A DNA stretch of 64,000 bases, taken from Camelus dromedarius. Its lineage: Eukaryota. Within the stretch, counting starts at the first letter, position 1, and each line of letters starts with the position of its first letter. The DNA lies in assembly GCF_036321535.1 (NCBI RefSeq), contig NC_087437.1:96412001-96476000 (forward strand), written 5' to 3'. The notes beneath the pieces were generated by a model. The model did no database searches and had not been told where the DNA came from. It saw only the letters and a program-made list of their open reading frames with translations. Positions 38,941 through 53,300 of this stretch are shown here, one piece after another. A program made the translations under genes and the position numbers.

Positions 38941-40606
38941 AATTCACATTTACATGGACCAAATTTAAGACAAATAATTTTATAAAAATAAACCAGGTAA
39001 GTTTTTACTCTCAAGTAAAAAAAAAATTTTTACCCCAATTCCAAGACTTTGATGGCTATTTTATAGACGTCAATAGGTTCACATTTTACCCAAGATGTAG
39101 AGCTATCAATAATTTTATGCTGACATCAGTTGCCCCCTGACAGCTCTAAGATACGAAATAAAAAGCAGTCAATGTCAGCACTCTTAAATCAAGCCCAAGG
39201 GCCTCCACGGTACCAGACAATGGCAGCTTGTTACTGCTAAGGAAATGTCAGTCCAGTCAAAGTGTGACAGAATTGTCAACTCCCTGGTTGCATCTGTCCT
39301 GGTATAACTAATATTCTGCAAGGTAACATTCATAAGGATGCTATTATGTTGCCAAAAACCCTGAAGCAGAACAGCCAAGGTGGCTCTCAGAGTTCAAGAA
39401 GTTGTTTGACTTCTTCGGACTGGAATTCCTCTCTCTAGTAGAAAGGCTCATTTTTTCCCTCTGTTTGTAGGCACAGCATTTAGGGTCAGAGATCATATTT
39501 ACTCCCTGCAAATCTTATAAGAATTGGTATAAAGCCACATATCAGTATACATGCGATGACTGACTTTGGTTTGCATTCACAAGCAATGCTGCTTATAAAC
39601 CATTTCTTATTAATTTCTTAAGTAAGCTTGTGTTTTTAGCATTACTTACGTCTGCCCCCTTATACCACAACTGCATTTTAATTTACTTGGTGCTGGCTCT
39701 GATATCCTGCTATTATCCATTCTCACCCATAGCATCTTTGCCATGGCAGGTATCACTTACTTCTAAGATTGCACATCGGTTGAATCCAAGGGTCTTATTA
39801 GAGATTTTCTATTTCCATTTAATTTTAAGAATAGCTTCCAGGTAATATACATGCTAGCTAAAAGGATTCATTTTCTTGCTATTCCTATAAAATATGGTAG
39901 CATTTTGATTGTGTTTCTACTTTCCCATCAACAGGCCCATTTCTAGGCTCTATGCCACAAAAAATAATAGAATCTTTTGGCTGTTCTCAGTCCTATTTTG
40001 CCAGTAAATATCACTGCTCATTGATCCAGTTTTTCATTACAGTTGGCGAAGACCTTTAGTAACGTTTAAGGGCTTCAATCCCATAATGCTGTACAAGCAC
40101 CAATCAGAGTTCTATCTTTTGAGTCCATGCTAGGAACATACATTCATCAAGATACGGCAGTACCTGGATCTCATCCTTTGCTGACACTTATAGAAAGTCC
40201 CCTGTGACTTTTATCATAAAGAGTGTGTTCGGGTTAGAACTGGGTTATAGTCTGTGGTCATTAATCTAAAGTCTCACTGTGGACTTTCCTGTGCCTCAAA
40301 TTGCAAGTCTCTCTCACCCTCTTCATACACCAGTGTCAAAGGAAATACTTACATCTGGGTTATAAATCAATTTGAATACATGGTAACAGAAACAAACATA
40401 TGGGTTAAATTTCCTTGAAATTACACATGGTTATAAAAATTGTCCTAAAAAAAGTACTTGGAAAAATATGTTTGGGATTTGATCGAACAAAAATATTTTA
40501 AAATATCTCAAGCTGTTTGGCAAATCTCAAAAATGCCAAGTGATTTCCAAGCCTACCCACAACATCCTTTGCCTAACACATGAGCCTTTCAAAGCATGAA
40601 AATGCA

Positions 40607-40610
40607 TGTT

Positions 40611-40648
<38 letters not shown>
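40607..40648 (+). repeat. (TG)n microsatellite
   Basis: Directly visible. Confidence 0.95.
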
Positions 40649-40649
<1 letters not shown>

Positions 40650-43600
40650 TGAAACAATGGGCTTTGCAGCCATTTTCAGGAGTTTCATCTATAAAAATAG
40701 ACTAAAGAATAACACTGCTCAATTGTTGAGGAACTCTGTTATCAGTATTGCAAGTGTTTATCGGGTTCGGATCCATACACTAGTAAAATCCAAAGGTATA
40801 TACTAGGTGTGCTTAAATGATGCCAGTTATTTGACACTTATTTTCTCAGTCAAAGGGCACATTTTCTGCAGAAAAACTATTCATTTCTTTTAATTTGGGG
40901 AGAAATACAGGTTAAAATGCTGATGTGTCACTCTATTAACCCGGAGTGGCAAACACATCACATACTTGATCTCACCATATACTTGATGTCGGGGGCTTGA
41001 ATTGTAAGAAACAATTAAGTCTCAACTCAGAAGAACAGACAAGAAAAGTCAAGAGCATGAGGGCACTGCCAAGGAAGGTGCTGAAGTGCTTGGGGCATGA
41101 AGGCTATAGTCCTGGGCAGTTGGAGATCCTTGGGTATGTGAAGGTGGGGTAAGCATGGGTGGTTTCCAGAATAGAAAATGTGTTTATGGACATGGGAATG
41201 AAACTTTATTTGATGCATGTAACTATACCTGTCTTTATACCTATAATTATATATGTATATATTGTATTTATATATAAAATACATACTTCATACATATTAT
41301 AAACACTATAGAAGTATAGATAAATACTATATATATGAAACATACTATAAAGCTACCTGCAATTATACCAGTCTGTTAAATAACTTGAGAGTCTATCATG
41401 TTCAAACTTGAAAATATCTACAGAAAGTGATAAAATATAGCCAATCTAATCAATTAAGGATATTATCTAAATAAGTATTTGTCTTTCTCATGTCATCCCC
41501 ATCTCCTTACTTATGGTTGTCTTGCTTTTGATCATCAATTTGCTAAATTTGCTTCTGCTCTTATCTTCAGAGTTTCATGTTCCTTTAAATCATTGTGAAA
41601 CTTTGCCACCTGAAATTTCTTAAGCATTATGTTAGGCAAACAACACTTCCAAATAGAATTGATAATGTCCCATTGACTTCAGAATGAAACCAAAACTTCT
41701 GAGTGCGCCTGACTCTCTTATCACTGTGATCTCTGTTTAGACAAAGTTTCTCAGTATACTTTCAAATTTGAGCACCTCCTCATAATGCGTTTTCCGAGCC
41801 ATACAGTGGAGTGTCAGACTAATTCCTTCTAAGAAACCCTATGTTAAGAAATCAAACTTAAACACAAAAACACTATTTCATCACATGATTCTGGACTTCC
41901 TGGCGTTATGTGAATGTATCTATAATTTTGTAAGATGAACTGTTTATATTCAACCTAAGGATCAAAACTTCATCTTCTCTCATTTGATAATTGATCATGG
42001 TATAAAACACAGTGCCTGCTTAAGATCTGCTCGTGGAGAATTTTTAAGTGATGTGGCCCCTTCAGCTCTGCCCCAAAAAATCCTCCATACTTGAAGCCCC
42101 TTCTCTGTCACACTCTCTGCAGCACTTTTCTGCAAAGGTAGCACCTCAGCACTGTGCCCAGTCTCTTGACCATTTCACCCACTCTTCTGTGCTTAACTGT
42201 GCACCCTGGCCCTCTGGACTGTGGGCGTGCTCCCTGGCTCTGTATGCATATTTCTACCAGCGCTGTGTCACTGACCAGTCATCTCTTCACTAGCCTTTCA
42301 CATGTCTTGTTTGTCTTTGTATTTCTTCCATGTTGTCTGGAGTGCAGCACATTCTTGGTTTCGCTTAAATACTTGCCAAATAGATAACTAAATGTGAACA
42401 AATCAACTCAATTATAATTACAACTCTCAGCCAACTTCTAGTGCCATTTAAATTCCCATGCTTAACTTTTAACTACCTAATCATTCTACCATCTCTCTCT
42501 CTAAAATTTTTCTCACTATGAAATATTTCAAATATACAGAGAAATGTAGTAAAATATCTAGGACCCAACTTTAAACTTACACTTTTTAAATTCCTTCAGA
42601 CACACGAATTAAAAAAAAAAAAAAAAAAGAATCCAGGCCCATTTCACTACCTATATTTTTAGTCAGTTAGAATCCTTTCATTTGGAATTTTGTGTTGTGC
42701 TTGTGTGGGTTACTGGAGAACAAAAGGCATAGTGAAGTACTTTTGCTTTTTCACACCTAAAATTTTGAGTATAATAATTGAAAAGATTTCTAATTTTTTA
42801 GTGAGTTGAATTTTGTCTCAAGACATATTCATTAATATATATAATATGTAATTACACGTATCAGATAATATTTTTAAAAAGAGACAATGAAGTAAAGTTT
42901 TAAAAAAAAAGTTTGGATGGTAGCCTGTAGGTAAAATAGCATTTCTGGCCACTAGAGGGAAGCGACCTTCAAATTCATCAAAGAAAAAAATTTTTTTTTG
43001 TTTCCACTGATTCAACAAATCCCCTCCCTCGTTTCATCAGATATTTGGTCAATGTACTAATCAAAATCCTTCATTAACAATAAATTTAATGATAATGTTT
43101 AATCAAATAAAAGCCCTTTTTTCTAAGAGTTAGAAACAAAGAACCATAACTGCCAACTGCTGTGTCCCTCTAGAGGCAAAAGGAAATCTATAATTTGCCT
43201 TGAGAAAGTGGAAAGAGATCAAGAGGCAAAGACAGAGGCAGCACCAAAGTGCAATCTTATTCCTTTACCATCTGTCACAATCACTGTCATTCCCCAAAGA
43301 CCATTTTTTTTTAAATGAGACAAGAGAACACTCCCAAGAACTTGAAAAAAAGTAAGAGTTCTGAATCATATTGAATACTAAAACTCAACAACAGCAGCTA
43401 GCAACTGCTAGAAATCAAGAGGGAAAGTGTCTTCCAGTGTAAGCCCAAAGAAGAGAGTGTTTTTTTTAAAACAAGCAGGGAAGGAGGAAGAAGAGAATGA
43501 GTCCAAAATAAAACCTTTAGAAAAACGGTTCATGAAGGGTGGTTGTATGTCTTGAAAAACTTCAATTTGAATGAAAATGTCCAGCCACACTTGAAAGAAT

Positions 43601-44899
43601 TATTATACTGCTATGATTTGAACAGGTAAATTCATATCCCATGTAGTAAATTTCAAATTGTTCATCTGTTATGTACCAACAAAAATCAATCAGGCACACA
43701 ATTGCAGCAGTAAGTCATGGAATGACCACATCGTTATCTTTTCAGGTTCTTAGGCTCTCCACCACTTGGGGGCAGACTGAACAGCAACAGGAAAGGGAGG
43801 ATAAGCAACATTCTCAACAGATTCTTTAAGTGCTTTTTAAAATGTGAATGGATGAATGGAAGCCAGTTAGATATCTATTTCATATATAACTGGAGAACAT
43901 AGGCATTATGACATAGCCAAAGTATAATCTGAATAATTTCACACTGAAATTTTACATGAAAGAAAAGATATGTTCAATATTGCCATTTACCACCACTGTC
44001 AGCCATAGACATTATTGATAGTAGAAAAACGGAGTGTCTGTTTTTTTTTCCCCCCGTTTTCCTTTACTCTTTAGAGGTTTCAATTAAGGCTGTCTTACTT
44101 ATAGCACAGTCAGTTGTAGTATAAACTTCCCAGCCAATGGAGAAACCTCAAACAGATAAATCCCAATGACCAAACAAAGACCTAGACTACTTAAACAGTC
44201 AATACTTGCTGTCAGTGGGCACGAGCGATTGGGTTATTAGTTTGCAGTAATTCTAGGAAGGTCCAAAGACAATTCCTTCCTTTTACTTAAATTAGGTGAT
44301 TTCTGTAGTTAAACCTGACCAATGACTGAAGTCACTGTAATAAAAAATCTGTATTTCCAAGCATAGGAGAAGTTTAAAATATAGACTATAAAAGGTAGAA
44401 ATAACTATTCTTTTATTTATATAGACAAATATATGTATAAAACATATCAGACTTCTGTGGCTTCATCTTTTGCTTTCTTTAGATTCAAAGGGTGGACTCC
44501 TGAACACCTGGCACATGAGCAATTAGCTCATAATGACTTGACCAATGCCCATAATGTCGATGTGGTAAGACCAGATTAAAATGAAAAACAGAAACATAAT
44601 TACTCTTCAGGTATTGGATAAAGAGCAGATGCTATCAAAATCATTGACTTGGGCATATCTCTAGAAGATGGATCCCCAGATATAAACGGAAAAATATAGA
44701 GGCTGATAGAAGATGCATAATAAGCACTGTCATCTTAGAGAAGAACCTTAAAGGCACTAAAACAAATCTGATGACCTAAAGTACAGTAATTTTTTAAACA
44801 TTATTACCTTGACACTGATTTCAATAAAATGTAAATCATCTTTAATTTATCAACCGTAAAATGTAGAAAAGAACACTGGCTGGTTGGTGGAAGCACCAA

Positions 44900-45110
44900 T
44901 GATTACTATATTTTAGGCAATGTCTTTAGGCATAGTACTTTACATGTATTATCTAATTTAGAACTTGAACTTGAGAAGGAGATGCCATCTTATCTTACAG
45001 AAAATTGAGGTTTAAAGATATTAAGTAATTTGTGCAAGTGGTGGGGACTGGTTTGAATTTAAGTCAGTTTTACTTTAGAACCTATAATTTTAATTTACAC
45101 CATCTCTCTT
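44900..45110 (-). mobile_element. MIR SINE
   Basis: 'actttacatgtattatctaattt...ttacagaaaattgaggtttaaagatattaagtaatttg...tttgaatttaag'. Confidence 0.65.
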
Positions 45111-45223
45111 GTTAATTATAACTCTGGTTTGCTGGTTGGCTGAGATTACAGCCCAGACATAATAGCAAATATAAATAATACAAATACTATAACATTATTA
45201 TCTATAACAGGAAAATAGGCCTC

Positions 45224-45632
45224 TGTTGCAGAGACCACAAGTTTCTGATGCAGTATCTTTATTCTCCTTTTCTTTGTATTAATAGAACCCTAGTTTTGGT
45301 ATGAGGTATAATGTGATAAAACTACACTGCCCAGCTTTATTGCAATGTGGGGCCATGTGATAAAATGCTGGATGCAGAGTCGTAAGCAAAAAACACTGGC
45401 TCTTCTTAGAAGCAGACAGACTCACTAGACAGTTACCCTCTACCCTTTCATCATTCTTATTATACTATAAATAAAATGCTGTGCAGACCTTCTTGCAAAA
45501 CATGTAGGCAATTATGAAAGGGAGACCAAGAAATCTGCAAACACCTTGAGAGCCTAAATTAATAATTCATATATAACATTAACTTTTGGAAATCTTTTAC
45601 CACCAGTTGAATAAAATTCCTAACTGATAACA
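45224..45632 (+). mobile_element. MLT1J/K-like MaLR solo LTR
   Basis: 'tgttgcagagacc...aatagaaccc...aaaactacactgcccagct...ggccatgtga', ending 'aattcctaactgata'. Confidence 0.65.
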
Positions 45633-46059
45633 GTTCAGTTTTCTTAAAGTTAAGTGAAGGGACTGAAGGATATAAACTCAAAGTCACTTCTAGCTCTTAA
45701 ATTTTATGACTGTATTAGATTAAGAATCCCAAATATAGGGAGAAAAGAACAAGTCAACTTGACAAGCATTCACTATTTGGTCCAGCACTGTAAAATTTGA
45801 TTAAGTAAAGCCCAGCCTTGTTGGAATTCATCACAGAATGCCATTCACTCTCAGACCTTGTAACTCAAATATGTGAGAGGAGTTTGATCAGATAGAATCA
45901 ATGTAGCCTGAATAATGAAATTTAATTTCCATTTAAAATTCTGCTTGTTTATATACCGTCACACTTATGAAGCTTCTATTTATGCAGTTATGCTAAGACT
46001 GTTCATGTAATAAGACCTTAATGTAGTTCCAAGTTCATATTAATAGTTTCTGAAAGGTC

Positions 46060-46170
46060 AATTTTATTTTCTCCATTTTACAGAAGAGGAAATTGAGACT
46101 TTGGAAACATTAAGTAAACTTCGTAAGACACAGTAACATGGTCCAGTGCTCTTCTCCCTTTACCATATCT
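46060..46170 (-). mobile_element. MIR fragment
   Basis: 'ctccattttacagaagaggaaattgagact...ttaagtaa'. Confidence 0.65.
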
Positions 46171-46914
46171 TTTTATTATTGTTAATCAAAATATCCTTGA
46201 GCTTACAAAATAATGGTAATAATCTAGCTAAGCATATAAATATAAATTTTGAAATTGTTGTAAAAGACAAAACATGCTACTGAAATTTAGCCAAGAAGAT
46301 CAAAAAAGTAAGCTTATTTTGAATAAAACAACCTGCAGGTACATTCCCCACAGCAGTGTTATGTGATAGCCTTGCTCTCTGATGAGCTGAATAAAACTTC
46401 AAGATAATTTCTCTGCCTTCCCACCCTAAGTGGTCTGATATATTATGCTTTGTGTACAATCTTGTTGAAATATATGAAAGAAATAATATATTTGAACAAT
46501 TCCCTGTCAGCCCTATGATGTGAAGATTCTATGATACACAATCTATTATCTCTAACACTTATAAAATGACAGGCAAAACATAGAAACTGTCTCCAGGAAT
46601 AGTCAGAAATATTCTCGAACTCTTTGATAGCATAATCTCATGTATAAAATTTAATCCTGTTGAATCAATGTCATAATCTTTGGGTTTAGTCACTAATGAC
46701 ATATTCACTGTTTGTTTTGATCTAACATAAAATACCTTAAAAGAAAAAACACATCGATAATACATGGAAAGTAACTCTGTTTAAAGAACAAGAGGCTAAT
46801 GCAATGCAGTTTTCGAAAGGTCAAGACATCAAACATGGAGTCAAAGGAGCATCTAGACTAAATAAGGTTGGTAGCAATGGGTCTATACAGGGGTTGGAGA
46901 CTCGTAGTTAATAT

Positions 46915-47325
46915 CTATATAATCATTATCACTATTTGCCAAATGTTTCTGGTTGTCCCCTCCCTCCATACACATAACTAGATTGCCTTCTGACTTCTTT
47001 GTGGTTCTGGGTGGCCATGTGACCTCTTGCAGCCTATGAGCTGTGGAAGAATAAGACGTGTTACTATAGGCTGAAAGCATTTATGCTGATACAACAGCCT
47101 CTGGAACTTTCCTTTCCCTCTGCCACTGTTACCAGGCTGTCAATATTCCTTCACCCTGGTTGATGGAAGAAAGTTATTATCTGTATCAGAGCAAGGCCCC
47201 AGCCAACCTGCAATAGGCATATAGACCAAGGGAGTGATAATATTTTTGTTTGTTTGTTTTTAAAGTAATTGAAAACTTTGAACTGTTTGTTACCATAGAG
47301 TCTCTAACCCATCCTGACTGACACA
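46915..47325 (+). mobile_element. MLT1I/J-like MaLR solo LTR
   Basis: 'ggccatgtgac', 'ggctgaaagcattta', 'ttccctctgccac', 'cagagc...ccccagccaacctgcaat', 'tgtttgttacc...catcctgactgacaca'. Confidence 0.7.
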
Positions 47326-48189
47326 ATAAAATGTGGTCTTTGAAGTAATGACGTTAGACTTATGCATTATCTTGTTCTTTTGATCTTTTCCTTGATGGGA
47401 GGTGGAACAGGCTACATCATATTCACATAAGAGGCATTTCCTTTTATTGAAAACAGCTGCTAAGTTCCAATTAGACTTTTTAAGAATGAAGATAAGCTTT
47501 ATACTGTTAGCTGTGAAATTAAGCATAACTCTAAAAGCTATCAGGCAAGAAGAATAAAGGTTGCAGATTTATATATTTGGTGATAATTAAGATTTCTGAA
47601 TTAAAAAAAAATGTGTGTGGAGTCATATCCATGAGCTAGTGACATAGTAAATTCTGAAGGGCAGTTTTCTATTTCACTCTCATGATGGACTATGAACTGT
47701 TTCATCCATAGACATTTTCACTCACTAATAATACAAACTATGTGTACTTCTCACATAAGACAGTTAAAGTTTAACATAAGAAAACATAAAGTCATCAAAC
47801 TCTTCAGCTTCTGAGAGAAATCTATTTTATACTTTACAGACAGGGAACAAAAATGATGAATTATCAGACTTGTCTTGGCACTCATTCAAACATCTTAAAA
47901 AAGATAGGTTTCTATTTTATTATCTTACTACTTCCATCATGGTTTATGTGTGAATTCAAAAGTAAGACAAAAAGAACTCATTTTGTCTCCTGCTCTGGGT
48001 TAGATACAGGAATGTGAGTTTTCCTATTTCTCTAAGGGCACTCATAAATCTGGCTTCATAAAAGGCTTCTAGATAATACAGATGAAAGTCATCATTTGCA
48101 AACAATTCATGAATGATATGATACACGATGGGGATCACAACACACCTGAAACTGCTGACAAGCTGTTATAAAAATAGCATAGATATTGA

Positions 48190-48515
48190 GGTGGGGTGCA
48201 AAATGGGTGAAGGGGGTCAAAAGGTACAAACTTCCAGCTATAAAATGAGTAAGTCATGAGGATGTAACATATTGAATGATGCCTAGTTAATAATACTGTA
48301 TTGCATGTTCGAACATTGCTAAGAAAGTAGATAATAAAAGTCCTCATCACAAGGAACACAAAGAAAAAAATTGTTAACTAGGTGTGGTAATTAATGTCAA
48401 TAACTCTCATTATGGTTATCGTATCCCAGTGTATACAAATACCAAATCACTATGCTGCACACCTGAAACTAATATAATGCTATATGCCCATTATTCCTTA
48501 AAAAAATTAAAAATT
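48190..48515 (+). mobile_element. L1MA9-like 3' end, 5'-truncated
   Basis: 'aaatgggtgaagggggtcaaaaggtacaaacttccag...aataatactgtattg...cacctgaaactaatataatg'. Degenerate TSD aaaatagcatagatat / aaaatactctaggtat. Confidence 0.85.
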
Positions 48516-48856
48516 AAAATACTCTAGGTATGTAATAACAAAAACATTCAATAAATAAAACATTTCTTTACCTGTTTTTATTTATGCAGTATCAAATGTT
48601 ACAAAAATAATCTTTAAAACAGCTGAAATTCAATGGGCTTTCACATGTATGAGTAATGTGAAAATGCTAAAGGCAGGTTAGAATTTTGAAAGCCATAAAA
48701 GTTTTCTGAATCATTTGTTTTGAGAGATGAGGATGAGAAAGTGGGATAGTTGTTTGAAACAAAAAGTGATGGATTGTGAAAAAGAAGTAGGAATCTATAC
48801 TAAACTGTATCATATAATCCAAGATAGAGCAATAACCTTTAGAAGTTAGAAGTAGT

Positions 48857-50270
48857 CAAACCCATGCATTTATAATCAATTAATCTACAACAAGGGAGGC
48901 AAGAATATACAATGGAGAAAAGACAGTCTCATCAATAAAGTGATGCTGGAAAAACTGGACAGCTACATGTAAAAGAATGAAATTAGAACATTCTTGAACA
49001 TCATATACAAAAATAAACTCAAAATGGATTAAAGACCTAAATGTAAGACTGGATACCATAAAATTTCTAGAGGAAAACATAGGCAGAACACTCGTTGACA
49101 TAAATAATAGCAATATTTTGTGGATCTGTCTCCTATAAAAAAGGAAATAAAAGCAAAAATAAACAAATGGGACCTGATAAAACTTAAAAGCTTCTGTACA
49201 GCAAAGGAAACTATCAACAAAATGAAAAGACAACTTATTGAATAGGAGAAAGTATTTGCAAATAATATGACTGATAAGGGGTTATATCCAACACATAAAC
49301 AGCTCATAGAACTCAACAACAACAAAAAACACCAAACAACCTGGTTAAAAAATGGGCAGAAGAACTGAGTAGACATTTTTCCAAAGAGGAAATGTAGATG
49401 GCCGACACACACATGAAAAGATGCTCAAACTCAGTAATCATCAAGGAAATGCAAATCAAAGCCACCACACCTGTCAGAATGGCTATTACCAAAAAGAAAA
49501 CAAACAACAAATGTTAGTGAGGTTGTGGAGAAAAAGAAACCCTCCTACACTGTTGGTGGGAGAATAAATTGGCACAGCTACTGTGGAGAACAGTATGAAG
49601 ATTTCTCAAGAAACCAAAAATAGAACTACCATATGACCCAGCAATTCCACTCCTGGGTATGTATCTGAATAATAAAAACACTAATTTGAAAAGATACATG
49701 CACCCCAATGTTCATAGCAGCATTATTTACAATTGCAAAGATATGGATGCAACCTAAGTGTCCATCAACAGATGACTGGATAAAGGAGATGTGGTATATA
49801 TACAATGGAATACTACTCAGCCATAAAAATACTGAAACCTTGGTATTTGCAGCAACAAGGGTGGACTTAGAGGGCATTATGCTAAGTGAAATAAGTCATT
49901 CAGAGAAAGACAAATACTATATGATATCACTTATCTGTGAAATCTAAAAAATACAACAAACCAGTGAATATAATAAAAAGGAAGCAGACTGACAGACATA
50001 GAGAACAACCTAGTCGTTACCAGTGGGAGAGGGAAGTGGGGAGGGGGTATATAGGAGTAGGGGATTAAGAGGTACAAACTATTAGGTATAAAATATTCTG
50101 CAAGGATATATTGTACAACACAGGGAATATAGCCTATATTTCATAATAACTATAAATGGAGCATAACCTTTAAAAATTGTGATTCACTATATTGTACACC
50201 AGTAACTTATATTATTAATCAACTATACTTCAACTAAAGAATTATTTAATTAAAAAAATACAACAACAAC
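48857..50270 (+). mobile_element. 5'-truncated LINE-1 (ORF2 C-terminus plus full cetartiodactyl-type 3' UTR)
   Basis: Peptide [32 protein letters not shown]. 3' UTR 'ggattaagaggtacaaacta...tacaacacagggaatatagcc...acctttaaaaattgtga'. A-rich tail. TSD agaagtagt / aaaagtagt. Confidence 0.95.
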
Positions 50271-52483
50271 AAAAGTAGTTTAGTTTTATTCAAGTGAATC
50301 TAACTGAATTCCAGCGTCCTGTGGGAGAATATGATGGCCATGATGACTGATATATGAAGACTTTTATTATGTACTTTTTTTGTTGTTCTTAATCATTGAC
50401 CCAGTGGCTTCAAAATATTTTTGGTAATTGCATTCTCACCAAAGATGATGATGACCTTAGCCAGATGAGAGGAAAACAGTGGAAGTCAATTAAATAGCCA
50501 CATTTATCCCTAGTTGGCTGTCCTGTAAAACCCAGTTGTACAAAAATATGACTAATTGATGGAATCTGAGAAATCATGTCAAAGATACATTTGATGAGAG
50601 CTATTGAAAACACTAAGGGTATTTTTCTAGTGTACATACAATCATACAATATTGTTTGAAAAGTTTATTGTATGTAATTGTGTGGCCTTTGGCAAAAACT
50701 AGAAACAAAGCTGCAAAGAATGGTTGTACAAATTACAGTCCATTCAACTGATGAGGAAAAGAAAAAAAATTAGAAATGAATACATATATTGGGGTAAATC
50801 TCTTATTACCAAAATCGATTTTTCATGCTCCTTAGATTTTGTTTTGATTAAATAAATTAAATGAGTCAGAAAATGAATTTAAATCTACCCACAAAAATTC
50901 ATAATAAAATGTATGGTGGATTACTTTTGCTATGACATTTCAATTCACTCATCAGAAGACATCTGATTACTCATGAGTGCTTATATTACATTAGCCTCTT
51001 TACTCATGACAAAAAGGCTGTATCAGACCTAATCCATTATGGTTTTTTTTTTCACTTAAAGTTCATCACTACTATGCGTATTGAATTCTATATTTAAATA
51101 GTAGGACATTGAACTGGTAAATCATGGTCATAGAATATAACTTTGTTCTATTTTTTTAACCTATCAGGATATTGAATAATTGTTCTGATAACAGACCTTG
51201 AGTCTTCAGTGAAATAAGATTTTGTAAGTTTTTGCAATATCATTTAAATTTAAGACATTGCAAGTGGAAAGAAACGCAGTTTTTCTGAAAGACACAATTG
51301 CTCTTTCTAGAAATTAATGTTTTCCCTTTTTTCAGAAACAGATTTGAAATGAACAAGATGAGTAGACACAGACAAAATCTTTGCTACTCATATATCCTCA
51401 GTTACAGAGATTTTATAACAGAATTGGAGCCATTGTCTTGCTTTCTTATCTGCTTTAGTGTTCTCAGGACACAAAAAAGAAATTCATTTCTCCTGAAAAT
51501 GATCTCCAAAAATATCTTCCTCAATTTAATTTCTCATAGGTTTTCAACTGCCTGAAATGCTCCCTTTAGAGATGTGGAAAATATAACCTTAATCTAAAAT
51601 TTTTTTCAGGCTATAAATAGGGACTAAATTTTATTATGTTTATATTTAGCTACCTAAAGCAACAGTTAATTTTGCTATAAATGTGCTCAAAATTTGGTGT
51701 GTGATCCATTGACAGAAATTTAAAACAAGGAGAAAATTTCTTCTCTCAGTCACTGGAATCATAGGAGAAGCCATCTGACTCTGAGTAAAGAATCCCTGGG
51801 TGACCATCTTAGACAGTGCATAGAAAATTAACTTGAAGTCTTCAAACATTTTTAATGGAAAAAAGAGCTAAGGTCTGATACCACTTTCCCCATTTGGGTT
51901 TACTATGAATTGTCTAGAGGAAGAATTTATATTAAGGAATGAAAGAAATCATTTTTAACATTGACATCTAAGCCTTACTCTTGCTGTTTTTCAAGTATCA
52001 CTGCTTTAAATATAAGTCATCTCCCCACGGACCCCTCCACAGAACAGCAAGCACAAATGTGGTTCTTGCTGATGTAAATGTTTGATTCTTCCTGGGATTG
52101 TCCAGAGGGACGTTTCAGCTGGTCTCTAGAGATGGAAAGGATGGCATTTTGTCTTTTGCAGGCACAGCAGTTGCCTTCACTCATCAGGGTAGGAAGCTAA
52201 AAACACTGGTTCAGAGATTAACTTGAAAGCCAAGCTCTTACAAATAGGATTGCCAGGTAATCAACTTCAACACAAATATCTTTATTTGCTAAATGTGGTG
52301 ATCCTAATGATGAGCCTTACATCATTATCCCGTGGCTTCTTCTAGGACAGTGTGGAAGAAGGAATCTCTCTATAATCATGACTCTCTAGGCACATTGTAA
52401 ACAATCAACAGGAGCTTTTTTTCACTGCCTCTAGATTGAAACACCAGAATCTAGCAAAACAAAAACAAAACAACCCAAAAATG

Positions 52484-52509
52484 CACACACACACACACAC
52501 ACACACACA
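52484..52509 (+). repeat. (CA)n microsatellite
   Basis: 13 CA units. Confidence 0.95.
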
Positions 52510-52750
52510 AAGAAGCATCTTTCCCACTTTTCCTTCTAATTGGCTTCACATTTTTGCATTTTTCCTGAATCACCTAAATTTGTATTTGGGGAGAATAATT
52601 AAGCACAGAAACTATATTTCTGTTAAGGATGGACGTATATATTTATGCTGTGAATACATAATATGTGGCTAAACAGTAGCCAACATACATTAGAATACAT
52701 ATGAAAATAACATATAAGGAAAATAAATTTTGGTTGTTTAGATGTTAAAC

Positions 52751-52952
52751 CAGTGTTTCTCAATCCTGGCTATAAATTGGCATTAATTGGAATTTAAAAA
52801 CCTCCCAAAATTGATGACCTGACCCCAGCCACAGAGATCCTGACTGAATTGGTCTTGGGTGTGGGACGGTCTTGGGTAGGGAGGAGCATCGGTATCATTT
52901 AATAAAAAATCTTAGGTAATTCTAATGTGCTGCCAAGGTTAAGAGCTACTAC
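52751..52952. mobile_element. MER5A-like hAT-Charlie MITE
   Basis: 'cagtgtttctcaatcctggct...agagatcctgactgaattggtct...aggtaattctaatgtgc...aaggttaagagctact'. Confidence 0.75.
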
Positions 52953-53079
52953 TGCAGAATAATACCTGTCCACTTTAGAAGTATATACCTATGGCCCACT
53001 CTGGCCCACTTTAGTTGAGTTAGACTCAGGACCCAGAATTCACTTATCCTCTTGATTCATGGTGGGGAAAAATATTACA

Positions 53080-53300
53080 CTAAAGACCTTGGTTCCAAAC
53101 CCGAATCAGCTGTTTACTGTATACATATAATCAGTGTTACTGTATACATCCTGGCCATATAGTCAACTATTCTAACTTCTCTAGGTATTGAGGTTCTTAA
53201 TATGAGAAGAATGCAGTATTCTCAAATTACCTACAAATTTTGAACAAGATGGATTAAATAATGCCTTTGTATCCAAATACAGGCATTTTAAATATTATTG
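53080..53300 (+). mobile_element. MIR (decayed)
   Basis: 'agaccttggttccaaaccc...ctgtttact...ctaacttctct...ggattaaataa'. Confidence 0.45.

Noticed and set aside
48190..48515. Idea that this is the displaced 3' end of the 6967-10256 L1, since it starts about where that copy stops
   Set aside because: It has its own degenerate TSD, which does not match the sequence 5' of the first L1, so it is an independent insertion.
48880..49947. Cluster of 64-127 aa ORFs
   Set aside because: All lie within a 5'-truncated L1 and are typical L1 sense or antisense peptides.
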